Source of the DNA: Ptychomitrium polyphyllum
Lineage: Eukaryota
Length of the DNA: 64,000 nt
Direction of reading: 5' to 3'
Assembly: GCA_973851085.1 (NCBI GenBank)
Contig: OZ316775.1
Span: forward strand, 3,534,001 to 3,598,000
Positions 41,301-54,600 of the stretch are shown one piece after another. A program made the position numbers and the translations under genes. The notes beneath the pieces were generated by a model that worked only from the letters and a program-made list of their open reading frames with translations, did no database searches and was not told the origin of the DNA. Each line of letters starts with the position of its first letter. Position 1 is the stretch's first letter.

Positions 41301-43437
41301 AGACCAACCTGTGCAGGTGGATCTCCAGGCAAAAAGGTCAAAGAGCTGGCAATGGGCGATGCTTGTTTTCTTTTCCCACAGGGCAGGAACTAAACTTTCT
41401 TCAATAGTGGGCAGGCAATCAGATAGTCCTCCACATTGCTCTTTTCCATTTTATCTTTTTTAGGTTTTGGTAGATCACCCAATTGGCAATGATTAAATTT
41501 TTGTGTTTCAAAGATGGTAATCTGTAGTGATTTTCATCTCAGTGAGTACCTTACATTCATCTAACATGTATAATTTCTCATCCAAGCATTGGTACACATG
41601 TGACAAAAATTTATAAAATAATCTTCAAAGTGTTTTCACTGTAGCAATGTGGCGGATTATTTTCCAAACCAAACCACTAGATACAAGCTCATGATCCCAG
41701 GGGCACACTACAAAATTGTGTGACTGTAGTCATTCTCAAATTCCCACCGTGTGAGATGTTGCTACTGATAAGAGAAAAAGAATATTTATTTTTCTACGGT
41801 ATAGTAAATAAGGAGTTACTGCAGTAGTTCGGTAATGGATTCTACACTCTTCGCCAGATTAATAACATTTAGCAAAACCTATTTTAATTTATGCAAGGTT
41901 CCCAAAAAAATCAAAAAAATCTTCTTTTTCTTAATAAACATCATCTTCAAAAGTATTTCTCGTTCAATTTTCAGAATTAAATTTTGCTAGAACTTCTAAG
42001 GTTTAATAGTTAATGATGAGAATACTCTGTTATAGTCCTGTGCTTAATTTTTCTTCCTTCAAGTATTTGAACAAAAATCATTGGCACACCAATTAGATTC
42101 TAAATTATTAAGAAAATGACTATACTATTTTCCCTATTTGAAATCACAAGCTTTAAAACAGAAAGAATGCTGTATTAAGAAAGTGTCATTGTAATGAATG
42201 TAGTTCTTAAAAAATTCTCACTAATTTCTATGTGGTTTGTGTTATACATGAATGAAGTTGATTTTTTTGGTTGAAAAATTTACTGTTGTCAAATGATTAA
42301 TACCTGCCTTGTTCATGCAACATGGAAAAATGGTAATTCCAAATGTATCATTGGATATTGCAGTTGTATTATGAGGTGATCTAAACTTAAAAGTTAGTTG
42401 CATAAAATTTGTCATAAACCAAGGTTGACTAATAAACAAGTGTTATATTAATAAAGTTGGTTTATTTTAAACATTATGTGAAAATAAACCACACTATCAA
42501 ATTTTGTGATTAGGCTCACAATATTATCAATCTATGAGCTTTAAATGATAAAATTTATTCAAAAAAATCATCAAAAATTGAAAATTTTGGGTTATTTAAA
42601 ATTTTCATCCAACTTAATTCCTAAATAACATAGTGATCATTTTATGATTGATATTTATTTTTTACACAAGCTACTTGAAATTTAAGACATTAATTTTGAA
42701 AATTATAAAACATATTTGAAAAGAAATTGAATGGAAATTCTAATTCAATTTGAATCATCTCAATTCAAGTTAAATTCCACCAAATAAAAGGGTTTAAAGT
42801 ATGACACTTTAATTTGAGTGTAGTATAGTTAAATTTTTAAAAGGAAACTATCCATATATCCTAAACCTTAAAGCTATCACAAAAGATCCAAATTTTTTTT
42901 GAAAATTTCACCATATAAATAATTTCTATACATGTTTTTAGTCATTTTTTCTTCTATTCAAACGTCATTGAAGATGCAAGAGTTACATATTAGAACTTAT
43001 ACTGGTTTTAATTTCTATATCTTAAAAATTACCATTCAAAACTCTCACATTAATTTCTGTAGTATAAAAGTAATATGATCAACATCATTGCTATACATGA
43101 CAAAAGAGGAATGAAATATTGCAGTGCACAGCATACCGTTTATTTCTTTGATGTAATCTAAAAGTGTGATAAAAGTGAAATTTTTACTGACGGCTACAAC
43201 TTTTCACTCAAGATGATTTTTTAATGAAATTGAAAAGAGACATTGATACAACTCTTATAGAAATATTTCCATAAATTCAGCTGATAAAATACGATATTGA
43301 AAGTAAAAATTTAAGCCATTTAAATTGATTGATATGGCAGACAGTAAACGACATTTTCAGTGAAGTCATAGTAGGTTTGCATAAGACCATAACGATAATT
43401 GGTAGATGTTCCGGTGATATTAGAGGTATTCTTATGA

Positions 43438-43438
43438 A

Positions 43439-43469
<31 letters not shown>

Positions 43470-43494
43470 TTATATTTATATTTATATTTATATT
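43438..43494. repeat. Compound (AT)n/(TATATT)n microsatellite
   Basis: AT run that switches to a hexamer repeat. Confidence 0.9.
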
Positions 43495-46400
43495 GATGGA
43501 TCTTTTTGGTAAATTAATAGTTTCATCTTTTAAAGATCAGTATCTCAACTTGATATTACTATTCTTTTTAAACATTTGTATACAAAAACAAGATCCAACA
43601 ATTACAAATCAAAATATGTTGATGGATATTGCATAGAAGCATGTTAAAAGATCATTTTGAAAAAATTGAGATGTTAGCATATTTCTGGCATTTGTTTGCT
43701 AGTAGAAAGTTCCAAATTTGAATTTCATTACTTAGAATAAACTCTTAGATGTTGAATCTGATTTTTTCACAAATAAGATTACAAAATTATTGTCTAAGAG
43801 TTATTTTTGTGATTATAGGTATCTGTTTCAAAAAGTGATGTACGTTGTGCTGTAGAATTATAATTAAAAAACTATTAAGTTGTTAAACCATGATAAATCT
43901 ATACTCACTCAATCAGTGCTATTAAATGCTAAGGCCTGGATCATTTGTTGTAAAAGGGTGAAGGATTTAATTTTTCATACAGCACCAAATTAAAAAACAT
44001 GTGGTGCAGTTAAGACCTTCTTGAAAAAGGGATAAGACTAGCATTTTATTGATTTGATCTCTTACAACATTATAATTTCTACGCATTGGTGGATTCTACA
44101 AATTACAAGCACTCTTTATTCAATGTACCACGTTTTAGGTTCTCTGATGTTTAGCAAACAACCACCTTGACCAAGGAGGACACTGCAGGAACTGGCTTGA
44201 AGGAGAGTCAAAGAAGCCCTGCAAGGGGCGGCAAACCACTCAATACTGATGGCATCCCCTTCCAGGACTGCAATCAACAGTGGCTTTTGAAAGCAGTCAT
44301 AAGACATGACAGCCCTGCATCCTGTTCTCCCTCCTCCATATATAATGTACAATCTAACCACAAACAGCTTCTGGCCATAGTGATCTCAGTGATTTTATTC
44401 ATTTTCATAACTTTCCTGATCCATTTGATGGCTTCTTGTAGGTTATAAACATGCATGATTAATTGACTAAGATATTTATAGTAGATGAGCCTTTGTCCAT
44501 CATGCCCCTGAAAACTGTTATAGTGTTACATGTAGATAAAAATCTTCCCAGATTCTTCACCAAAATTCAATAGATTCAACAAAAGAATATTGAAGATTTT
44601 AAAGCATTTCTACAAGGAATGCATTTAGGAATATGTATGTCAACAATATGTAAAATTGTTGTGTTGCATGCACATTTGGTAGATAATGTCTTTACCTTCT
44701 ATTATGCATGGTTTATAAACACGCATGTGTAAGTCATGCATAGTCTTGATTCATATGAAATGAGCACGTTGCTAGTATAGAACAAGAGCCATTTTGACGT
44801 AATGTCCATTGATGGTTCAAATATTAGATTCTAGAATCTGAAGTAACAACAAATAAAGAATAATAATGCCTTCATTTTTATAGTAGGTTAATCCTATATT
44901 TCATCTATTTGACTTCCAAAAATTAAAAACATGTTTATATCTACACTAATTGGCTAGAATTTTAAGAAATCTATTTTCATTGGTATAAAAGAATTGGTAC
45001 CCCTTTGTTGGATTTAGATCAAGGAAAATATGAATTCTAAACTAAGCAATTGTTTATGGATAAAAATTCTATTTGTGATCTTAGATGGCAAGTTTGGATA
45101 GCATTTTCTTATGTTGGAAAGTAATTTATTCCAACTACTCCAAAATTGTAGCCAATTCAAAAGATCAAAACCAATTCAAATAATATAACAAATCTAGACA
45201 TATAAATACTTTAAGAATTTAAATAGATTTGTTTTTGAACTCTCTTTGCTATTGATTATAACCATCATATTTGGTTTTACATCAAAATCTTAGTCTATAA
45301 CATCTAAAATTTTACTTATTTGATGAAATATATTGTACTTACAATAATCTTATCTTTCATCTACAACATTATTTGTATTTTGGACTCTAGTTCAAGGTTC
45401 TCAAATATAAACAATCTTAAGAAAATCAGTCATGGAAGGCCAATCAACCACATTACTTTCCATGTCATTGAAATTAAGTTATTCACTTTTCATTGTATAG
45501 CAATTCATAATTTATCTAGCCTAAGAATCATTGGTGACAAATCATATTCTTCAATTAATGATTTTGAAAATTCAAATATTATAAAAATATTATTTATAGA
45601 AGATATGATATCACATCATATATAAGCATAAATCGTTTTTCAAGTTTAATATTAAAATAACAATATTGAAACAACTTCATTTCATTTAAACAAAATTAAG
45701 AAGGATACTATTCTAGTTCCTATAGAATCATTTTATTTACCTAGGCGTACATGATTTAAATAAGTAACTTAAAGAATATTGTCTTTTTCCAAGGGTCGCA
45801 AACTCATTTATATACATTACTTTAGTACCTTGGTTTGTAGCTAATTTTGAAAAATTTAAATTACTCCAATAACTTCAATGCTTTTAGAATGTTTCAAAAA
45901 ATCATTACTAAAACAAGAAAAGAAGTTATATAATCAATTTTTTTTTTTTATAAATTTTGATTTACTATATTTATTCTAAACCATAAATTTGGATTTAAAA
46001 CTTGATTGTAAAAGGCGAGTTAACTTCTTCTTAATTAGGTGCAGACCTTATATGAAGAAAATTACATTGATTCATCAAAATTAGTCCAATCCTCTCTCTG
46101 ATACTTCTTACTTTATAAACTAATGTTTGTGCTCTTGATTTAATAGATTTATTGTGTTTTTTGAAGTGATTCTATTAACAACATTAAAAATAAATAATTT
46201 TTGTTGCTACACGATTGCCACAACATTCTTTAGCCTCTTTTAGAATATGAAAGGTTCTAAACAAAATAGTGCCTAGATTTTTATTTTTTTTATTATTCTA
46301 ATTTTTTCAAGCACATCCTAATTCTTTGTGATAATAATCTATTTAACTAAATATGTAATGTAAAGAAGTACTTGAGTTAACTACTCTAGATGATAGCAAA

Positions 46401-48712
46401 AAGTTAGTGATTGATGAATAATTTCATTAATGTCTTTTAAATTTATTAGAAAATTTTAGCTTTCTATATTTGCTAAGGTCTAAGAAGCTTTCAGCCATAA
46501 GTTCAATAATTTTTATTAATTTACTAAAAGATATAAGTGTGTCAAGTCAAAATGTTTAAAACTCATAGATTTTATTTTTTTTGAATTCATGGTTTTACAC
46601 ACATATATTAAACTTTAAAATTTCCTGCATTTCAGGACAATATTACAAATCCATTGCAACCATATTTATTCATAATTTATTAATATTTTGTCTATAATTA
46701 ACTTTAGAAAGAACTTTGGAGTTTGAATTCTAAATGATTCAAGATTACTGGTGTTAAATCCTAAAATTCTTTAGAGCCCAAATCACTTTCTTAAAAATTT
46801 GATTTTGATTCTTTTTCCTTGACATTGATGGATTATACTAAAGATTGGATCTTTAAATGTAGTTTCTAATCATACAATATTGTAACCAATACAATATTTG
46901 TTGTACAACGAAAAAGTTAGGAGCATCCTACATTGATATTGAAATTATATAATGTGTATTCAACAATATATTTTGTGGACTTCAAACATGACTTTTGAGA
47001 AAGGTGCTCATCTAGCAATAAGTGAATTTATATGTTATCCAGGTCATTATGGATCTGGAGAATTAAGCATTCATGTAAATTTCACAATCAGAGAGTGGGC
47101 ACCTGGGCTCCAAACGGTCAAGGGTTAAGTTACATCAACCTGGCTGGTTATAAAATTAGGATGGAACCACCGCTTTGGCCATGATCAACGATGTTGTCCA
47201 ATGAAAGAAGGGCCATGTTTCTTATTATAATATGCCATGGACTTATAGCACTGGTAGCCTTGAAGGGATGGACTAGACCCCCCACAGTAATGGCAGACAA
47301 AGTGAGAACTAATAGGGAGTTTGGAGCACAGGCAATAAAGAGGACTCAGGTGACAATGGATTTGCAGGAACTAATCTAAGTTCTGAGTTTGGTCCTTCTC
47401 TCATTGGAGTTTGCCGAAGGCTCTGCTCACACTCCATCTGAACCGCCCCTACTAGATCTCTCAGGTCAGATCTATCATGTTGTGCAGGTTCTAACTTAAT
47501 TCTTCACTGTTCCATCAACCACTTTTCGTAACTAAGGGAAACTCTATAAAATTACATGACAAAAAGTAGCTTTGTATCTCTTTGAACTTTGTGGAGAGAG
47601 CATGCTTTGTTAAAAGGCTACAATATTTCTTTGTGGTCACTAACATTGAAGCGAGTCACTAAAAATTTGTAAAACCTTTTCTGAAAGTGTCCTTGAAAAA
47701 ATCAATTTATAGAGTTGAGCACTTAGTTTAGGAAAGTCACCAAAGCAAAAAATGTCATGTTTTAAACCATAGTAACACATTTCACCCATACATTGTTAAT
47801 TTTTTTTAAAAATCAGATTAATTATGATTGAATTTAAGTTTGTATTTCAAATTTTGTACAAAAATATTATTGATAACAAACAAAAGATACAATTTGAAAT
47901 TCAAAGCCTACAACTTCAATGCATGCATCAAGTTCAAATTGCCTTTTTTAGTAGTACTTAAAAGAAATTTAAAGAACTTGTCAAATCTTTAAGTTAAAAT
48001 ATGAATTGGATTATTAAGCATCAATACCTTAATTATTGTGAGGCCAAAACTTTGTCACTAAATTCATGGAAATTGTTGTGATATAAAAGCTAAGTACCAA
48101 AAGTACTATAAAAAAACATCATATTTTATTAAAAAAATTCAATTAAAGAATTTCTTAGGATTTTAGATAGGCTTTTACAATAGTATATTTGATTGTGATT
48201 TTTTTGTAATTCTTTTAAATTTGGTAAATAACTTTACATGAATATAATTTTCTTTCCACTTTGTAACCTTATATTATTCTAAATTTTTTCTCTACTAATG
48301 AAGCTACTTAAAATGTTTTCCATACATCCATCTATTACCTTTTAAGATTTAGAACAAAGAAATTAATACGATCTTTTGAAATTTAAAAAAATAAAATCCT
48401 AACACAAAATATTGTCCAAGAAGAAATTAAGTTTGGTGACCTTGTTGAGAAGTTTGCAAAAACAATTAGCAGCTTCAACCACAATTTTGTAAGTGGAAAT
48501 TATAGATTTTTTTCCCTTCTTCTTTTCTTTTGTCTACTTCAAGAAAAGATAGAAAAGATAAAAATGTTTTTTTCCAACCATTTGAAATAAAAGTTTGAAA
48601 GCAAAGCCATACCAAAAAAACCAAAATTTGCATATGCAATGTTTTGGACTTTTTTCTGTTGCAAGATTTGTTCAAACATTTTAAGTTCCTCCTCTGTTTC
48701 TCAAGTTTAGCA

Positions 48713-48774
48713 TACAAGTACCTAACATGATCTTATATATGATGGTAAAAAATCTTGAATGTTAGGTACTTGTA
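48713..48774. repeat. Perfect 16-bp inverted repeat with 30-nt spacer
   Basis: tacaagtacctaacat (48713-48728) and atgttaggtacttgta (48759-48774) are exact reverse complements. Confidence 0.9.
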
Positions 48775-49267
48775 ATGCAAACTTTTTACCAATGTTTTAG
48801 TTAAAAATTCTTTAGGTGAAGTTAGAATCATTTGTTTATTTTCTTGTTTTCTTTTGCATAAGTATTGATAGTATCAGAGGATTTTTTGTAAAGCACATTC
48901 AAGAAACTGTAGAAGTGAAATATTTTGCAGTGATGTATGTAAGCTATTTTTGATGTACAGAGATTATGCACCTTTCTCAAAAAGTAGAATTGATATTTCA
49001 TGACTAAGCGTGTTCTAAGTGGTTGTGATTTTTTAATAAATATAAATTTTGGAAAGATACAGTGCAGACATGTTCGGTAGTGAGAAAAATTGCTTATGAA
49101 GGAAAGGTAACATCCAATCAGGTTGGTGGGCTGTGCATCTTTGTTTATAAGCTTTCTTACAGTGTAATCTACTATTATTTGTAGAGATGTTATAGAGGAG
49201 CAGCAAACTAAGAAAACTCACTCGTACTTACAGGTGCACTTAGAAGCTTCAATTGAGTTTTTCTCTT

Positions 49268-49880
49268 CACGATGATCTGGTTATGAGAGTACCCTTGTGC
49301 TCACCAGCTTGTTCACTTTCTTCGACCACACTAGACAGCACATTTGGTTCGTAGTACTGAAGCATTTCAACGGCGTGCTTGCCGCACTGTTTCAAAATTA
49401 TATGCACTAGTCTGCTGTCTCGCCGCCAGATGCCATTTAACCGTGTTGATGAGGTGACCCTCAATGGCCTTCTCAGTGGCCGTGCGCTCGGGGAACTTCA
49501 CTACTGGTTCCTACGATTGCTAATTCCATACAATAAGGTGGTTGTCATTCCCACCCGACATTAGCGCACGATTGTCAGAAGACTACTTCAACCCGCACAC
49601 ATTCGATTGATGCCATACCAGTTTACTCACAAAGTCGTCGGACACTCCAACATCGCGCAGCAGGGAGTTCCGATCCCAGCTGTCGAATGACAGGATCTGC
49701 GAACTTCCAACCAGCAACCTAGCTCGCGTTCGATGCCCGCCCATCGTGCGCACCTTCCTACACTCCGTGGCATCTCATAGCTGCGGTTTCCCCAAATTCG
49801 TCCCCATAGCAAGGAAAGTGCCCCATTGTGTCTATCCACCGAAGCAGACGCTGGTACAGCAGCTCACATACAGAAACCGC
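49268..49880 (-). pseudogene. CCS52: CCS52/FZR (Cdh1-type APC/C activator) WD40 fragment, intron-free, with multiple stops and frameshifts
   Basis: Manual translation: SVCFGG*TQWGTFLAMGTNLGKPQL*DATECRKVRTMGGHRTRARLLVGSSQILSFDSWDRNSLLRDVGVSDDFVSKLVWHQSNVCGLK*SSDNRALMSGGNDNHLIVWN*QS*EPVVKFPERTATEKAIE/SPHQHG*MASGGETAD*CI*F*NSAAST...QMCCLVWSKKVNKLVST/GYSHNQIIV. This is colinear with the plant CCS52 consensus RVRTMGGH...FVSKL.GHKSEVCGLKWS.DNRELASGGNDN...HTAAVKAIAWSPH.HGLLASGGGTADRCIRFWN...VCNL.WSKNVNELVSTHGYSQNQI. Confidence 0.9.
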
Positions 49881-50289
49881 TGCTTAATCTGCAAAGGAGC
49901 ACTAAGTCAAGTCAGAGAAGCAACCGCCACCCCATTCACGTATGAATCTGGAACTCGAGCAACTCACCCTCATCATCCCATAGAAAACAGAAGAAAATGC
50001 CATTAGTGCATATATCAGCTGCATTAGAATTTATGTGACTCAGCCTGCTGTGATATCCTAGATATTCAGCGTCACGGTTTCTGGCAGGTGAGCTCCTATT
50101 GCTGGAATAGCTTCACCCTCTTTGCCGGAGTTTCTCATGAAACTGTAAAGTCAATGACTTGAGTACTGCAGCTCTTCACATAGAAAATGGGAATTTCAAG
50201 CTGTGGAGTACAGCATATGCATTGGTCGGAAAGGTTCATATGAAGTAGCCTGTGCAGATTCTGTAGAAGTCTGCATTTTAGACAAGTTT

Positions 50290-50532
50290 TCACATTACCT
50301 TTTTCATGATGATTTCCTCCGTGTGAAGACAATTGTATAAAGAGTTCATTGTTGGAATATCACCATCAACGTTAAACGTTATCACCTGATACTCCCCATA
50401 CGTCGCATTGGGTTCAAAAATGATGGAGCATGATTTGCCTTACTTAATCGTGGAATGCACACCTGCATTGCTCTGCTTCAGCACGGCATTGCTACCACTT
50501 GCATTGGTCACTTCCGTCTCGCAAGTCGTCAT
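50290..50532 (-). pseudogene. Small 'NATY(R/G)EY'-motif protein gene (bryophyte-expanded family, probably DUF7748-like) with one premature stop
   Basis: ATG at 50532 reads MTTCETEVTNASGSNAVLKQSNAGVHSTIK*GKSCSIIFEPNATYGEYQVITFNVDGDIPTMNSLYNCLHTEEIIMKKVM* (internal TAA at 50442-50440). The layout T.V.N..G....LK..NAG....I......I..PNATY.EY matches a moss/lycophyte small-protein family as I recall it; the Pfam name is from memory and unverified. Confidence 0.6.
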
Positions 50533-51511
50533 CTTGATGTGGAGCAAAGTCAGCGCATAGTTCAAATCACTTGGTTAATAAGGTAGAGGTCGGTCAAATG
50601 CCTAATCGTTCCGGCTGACACCATCTTTACAATTGTGGCTCTTAGTCCACCCAAGGACTTGAAGAAAAGACGGTGCAGCTACTAGCGATGAAGTCACGAG
50701 AGTTTCTACTGCACCACAGTTTGTGACGCTCTCGTGATCGTTCTTCAATTTCTGATTTTTCTCTGTCGCGTGCTTTCTAAAATCAAATTGTTGATATTGG
50801 TTTTAGCATTTTCTCTGGAGATGGAAAGACAAAGAAATGGAAGCAGAAGCAACGAATTGACAGAGGACGACTCTGTTTTCAGATCAAATTTCTCTCCAAT
50901 AAGGGCTGCGTTTTAAGTTTTTGCTGAAATTGCAAATACACATTATAATTAGGTGCAATTGTCATTGCATAATCACAATTAAATATTCTACTCTGTTTCT
51001 CCTTTTTTGAACTAGTCAAAGAATATATTTAAATCTTCTTTACTTTATGGTTATAAATTCTGAAAGAAATATCATTTTATTAGTGAATGATTCTGAAAAT
51101 CATATGTTTGATGCTTATCTTACTTTTTATTTATGAAGAATTATTTTTATATGAGGCATGTTATAAAACCTTATACAAAGAAACAAGTAAGAAAAAAGTA
51201 CATTGAATTCAAATTCTCTGTGTAAAATCCATAATCTCTATATTTTGCATAATTCTTAAATAAAGATCTTGCATCATTTAGGTGCTAAGTCCTACTTGTA
51301 ACATCATCATTTGTTGTTACCACAAAAGTATAGGTTTATGATGAATTGAAGAGATTTTGTGTTTTAAAAAGATATGTATCATTACACAAATAAAAGAAAA
51401 CCTGAAATCACTAATTCAAACACACATACAGATAGACTGATATGTGTGTGTGTATGTACATACACAATAATGTTTTTAACAAAAAACTGGTCACAAAATG
51501 AGAACCTTTGG

Positions 51512-51607
51512 AATAAAAGTTCAATCTTTACAAAAATAAATTTGAACTGCTTTCATAAGAATAAAAGTTAAATCTTTAAAAAATAAAATTTGAACTGCTT
51601 TCATAAG
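51512..51607. repeat. Tandem duplication, 48-bp unit x2
   Basis: aataaaagtt(c/a)aatcttta…tttgaactgctttcataag occurs twice, head to tail. Confidence 0.9.
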
Positions 51608-54600
51608 GGCTAAAGGCTTACAGTTCTTAGAGATTTAAGCTGTACTATGTTTCAGATGGACGTTCAGATGGTGAGACTCCCTTTTAACCAATTGCTAAAT
51701 GAATCTTCCATAGAAAAGTGCTTGGGTTAGATGTTTGCCATTGCAATGAGCAGAGTTCAACATAAAGTCATCCTACTTTGATAACACTATTCAACTGAGT
51801 TAAATTATCAACAAATGTTGTACTTTTATTTCTGTTTGTGGCTCTAATTCAATCTAAGATGGCAGTTGTGCATAGAACAAGGAGTTGTACTAGGTGCATT
51901 CACATGTATTTATAGTAGTGCATTGTTATACAATTCTGAGATAGATTCATAAATTTCTAAATTTGATTTTTACTTCTTTCACCATATGGCCTGCGTAATG
52001 CCAACTGTTAGTAGATGCATTGCAAGTCTAATACTGGAAATTTTAGAATTGTTTAAGTTTTTTGCCAAACATATTCAGAGTGAACAGAAGTTGCTGCTTA
52101 TCCACTCACCCACTTGCCAATGTATCAGTTTAAAGCAAGGGAATCCCTTGTTCTTGATACATATCAAATAATATCCTACCTCTCTAAGACTAGTGAAACT
52201 CATAACCTTTGCAGGAAAGCTGATGTCAAACTCTGCAGTTGCCTCTTCAAAATCATCCTTCAAGGACATTTATCTGTCAATTCATTACTAATACTTAGCA
52301 TCATCTCAAAAACATAGGCAGTTTGTATGGGTGGCATTTGAATCATTTGAATCAAAATTTGGTAATCTCCTGCTGAAGTTGCTAGACTTACATATTGTCA
52401 TGTTCTGTGTCATTTCTCAAGGTCAGCAAAGGAAATAGGGATCTATGGTATGTTGCAGTGAAACTGCCTGTCCAAGAGATAAGAGATTATAGCTATTCAT
52501 GGCAGTGATATATTTGGAAAAATTATTCAATGATAGGAAAGAAGATTTCATGATGAATATAATTTTTGACAATTTTAGTTTAAGATTTGGAACTGTTACA
52601 AATTTTCAAAGTGAAAAGTACTTAAAGATCCAAAAGTGTGATACAACTTGATCCAAAAACGTGATATAGTTTAACCTAAAAGCTTGGTATGTGCTACAAG
52701 TTTATTCTCATAATGACATCTTAAATCACCACCTTGCTTCCTAGCATGCCATTAATTATTTTGCTTAGAAAATCATGCCTTAAAAATTGATCTTATGGTC
52801 TCATAAGTGATAGTTTCAAGAAAAGTCCCTAATACAATTTATAGTAAGCAAGGAAAATGCTCTGAGGTGCATTGTACACAAGACTTTTGAAGGTCTAGCA
52901 TTGATGGTAAAATCCATTTGCATGCCAAGTCTAGCATAAAAGCATAAAATGTTCATTAGATTTAGCTTTTTCTAAATCATCACCTCCTCCATATATGGAT
53001 TCAAGAGTTTTTTTCAAACCACCAATTATAAGGTCCAAATCCACTACAATTCACTAGTTGAAAGGGAGTAAACAAACCAATGGTGTAGCAAGCATTAGAA
53101 GGAAGTAGGTGGTGGTTTAGGATATTATCATAAATAGAAATAAAAATTACATACTTTGAATATTAGAGAACCTACATAACAATGTTGGATCACAAAATAA
53201 TTTTTACTTTCAATCAATGTATCAATTTCAGAATTGAAAATTATTCTGTGGAGAATGTACATTCTTCATTAAAACATACTTTTTACAAGGGGAGTTCTTT
53301 TTCAAGCATAACAAAAATCAATTAAGTTGATGGTTAAAGGACAATCCACTATAGGTTAAAATTATACCATGGTCATGAGAATAACTGCCAGAAAATGTAT
53401 AAGGATCCACACTCATACATGTACAGGTCTCTCACTTGATAGCGCACAACTAAAAGTTGACTCCTGGCAGCTCTTCCATTGCAGAACAAGTCCACTTATA
53501 GATACAGCTATCCAAAACATATGGCTAATCTGCAATTGTTTGAGAATTGACTGAGTCCCAATGATCTCCCTCTTGTCTGAGCCTGGCCTATTCTAACCAA
53601 ATTTCTACCAAAATATTGCCAAAGGATACAATACAAGTGAATATTTAAAGTTAACAAGTTCCAGCTACTCTGAAGCTGGGGGCTACTAGTGTATCTTTTT
53701 CTCCAAATGACCTCCAAGCATTCACAGGCAATTCACACACAAATTCTAGAATTGAATGCAACCAGATTAATAAAAATTTTAACTCTGTTTCTATTCAGTT
53801 GATTTACACTTACAAAATATTCTGTAGCTCTAAATCCCGAGAATTCTAGTTCTAGTGCTGAACCGAATTCCCAAAATTACGATGAGTTGGCCACGAGCAT
53901 TGATAATGTGGATCTCGATTCAGAGTGCATATAACAGAGTGTCAATGCTCATATTATAGGGAGGAAGCCTCGGCTATAGACTTTATTTTGAAACTGAGAT
54001 TTATTAAGTTAAAATTATAACAAGAAAAATATTCTCTCAACAAGAAATATTTACTTATTTTGAAATATATATATATGTTTCATAAAGAATGACTCTTATT
54101 ATAAGAATTTTAAACATCTCCAAAACAAAGATATTTGGATTCCTAAAAATAGTTTAAGGTATAAACAACAAAAATAAACCTCTAAGATTTTTTTAGAGAA
54201 AACTACTTCTAAGGTCTTGAATTTTTTAAATTTATGCATTAAGAATGCAATTTGATTGGTCTCTAAGTGTTTATTCTATAGTGATCGTGACTTTTTGCTT
54301 ATCAAAAAACACCAAGCACTAGAGAAATTTGAAATAATAATAATTAAATTTTAATCCAAAGGAATTTTCATTTTGAAATAGGAGATTTCAAGATATCTTA
54401 AATTCAATGTACGTTTCTTTAAAATTGTGTAATAGGAGATTAATCTTCTTTCATCTTTGTACAATTGTAATCTCCCATGGTATAAGGTGAAGTGTTACTT
54501 CAAGTTCCATGAAAATTTCAAACCTTGAAGTTTCATTTAATGTCTCCACTAAGCAATTTAGGCTCATTGGATTGGAATTAAGATATACAATAAAATAGAG

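Noticed and set aside
44320..44360. LPPPY…YNL word shared with a minus-strand frame near 9530-9575
   Set aside because: Very short and low complexity, and at 9.5 kb it is probably not the true coding frame.
49625..49630. Donor-like GTGAGT on the minus strand inside the CCS52 fragment
   Set aside because: It encodes in-frame Val-Ser of FVSKL and homology continues without interruption, so it is not an intron.
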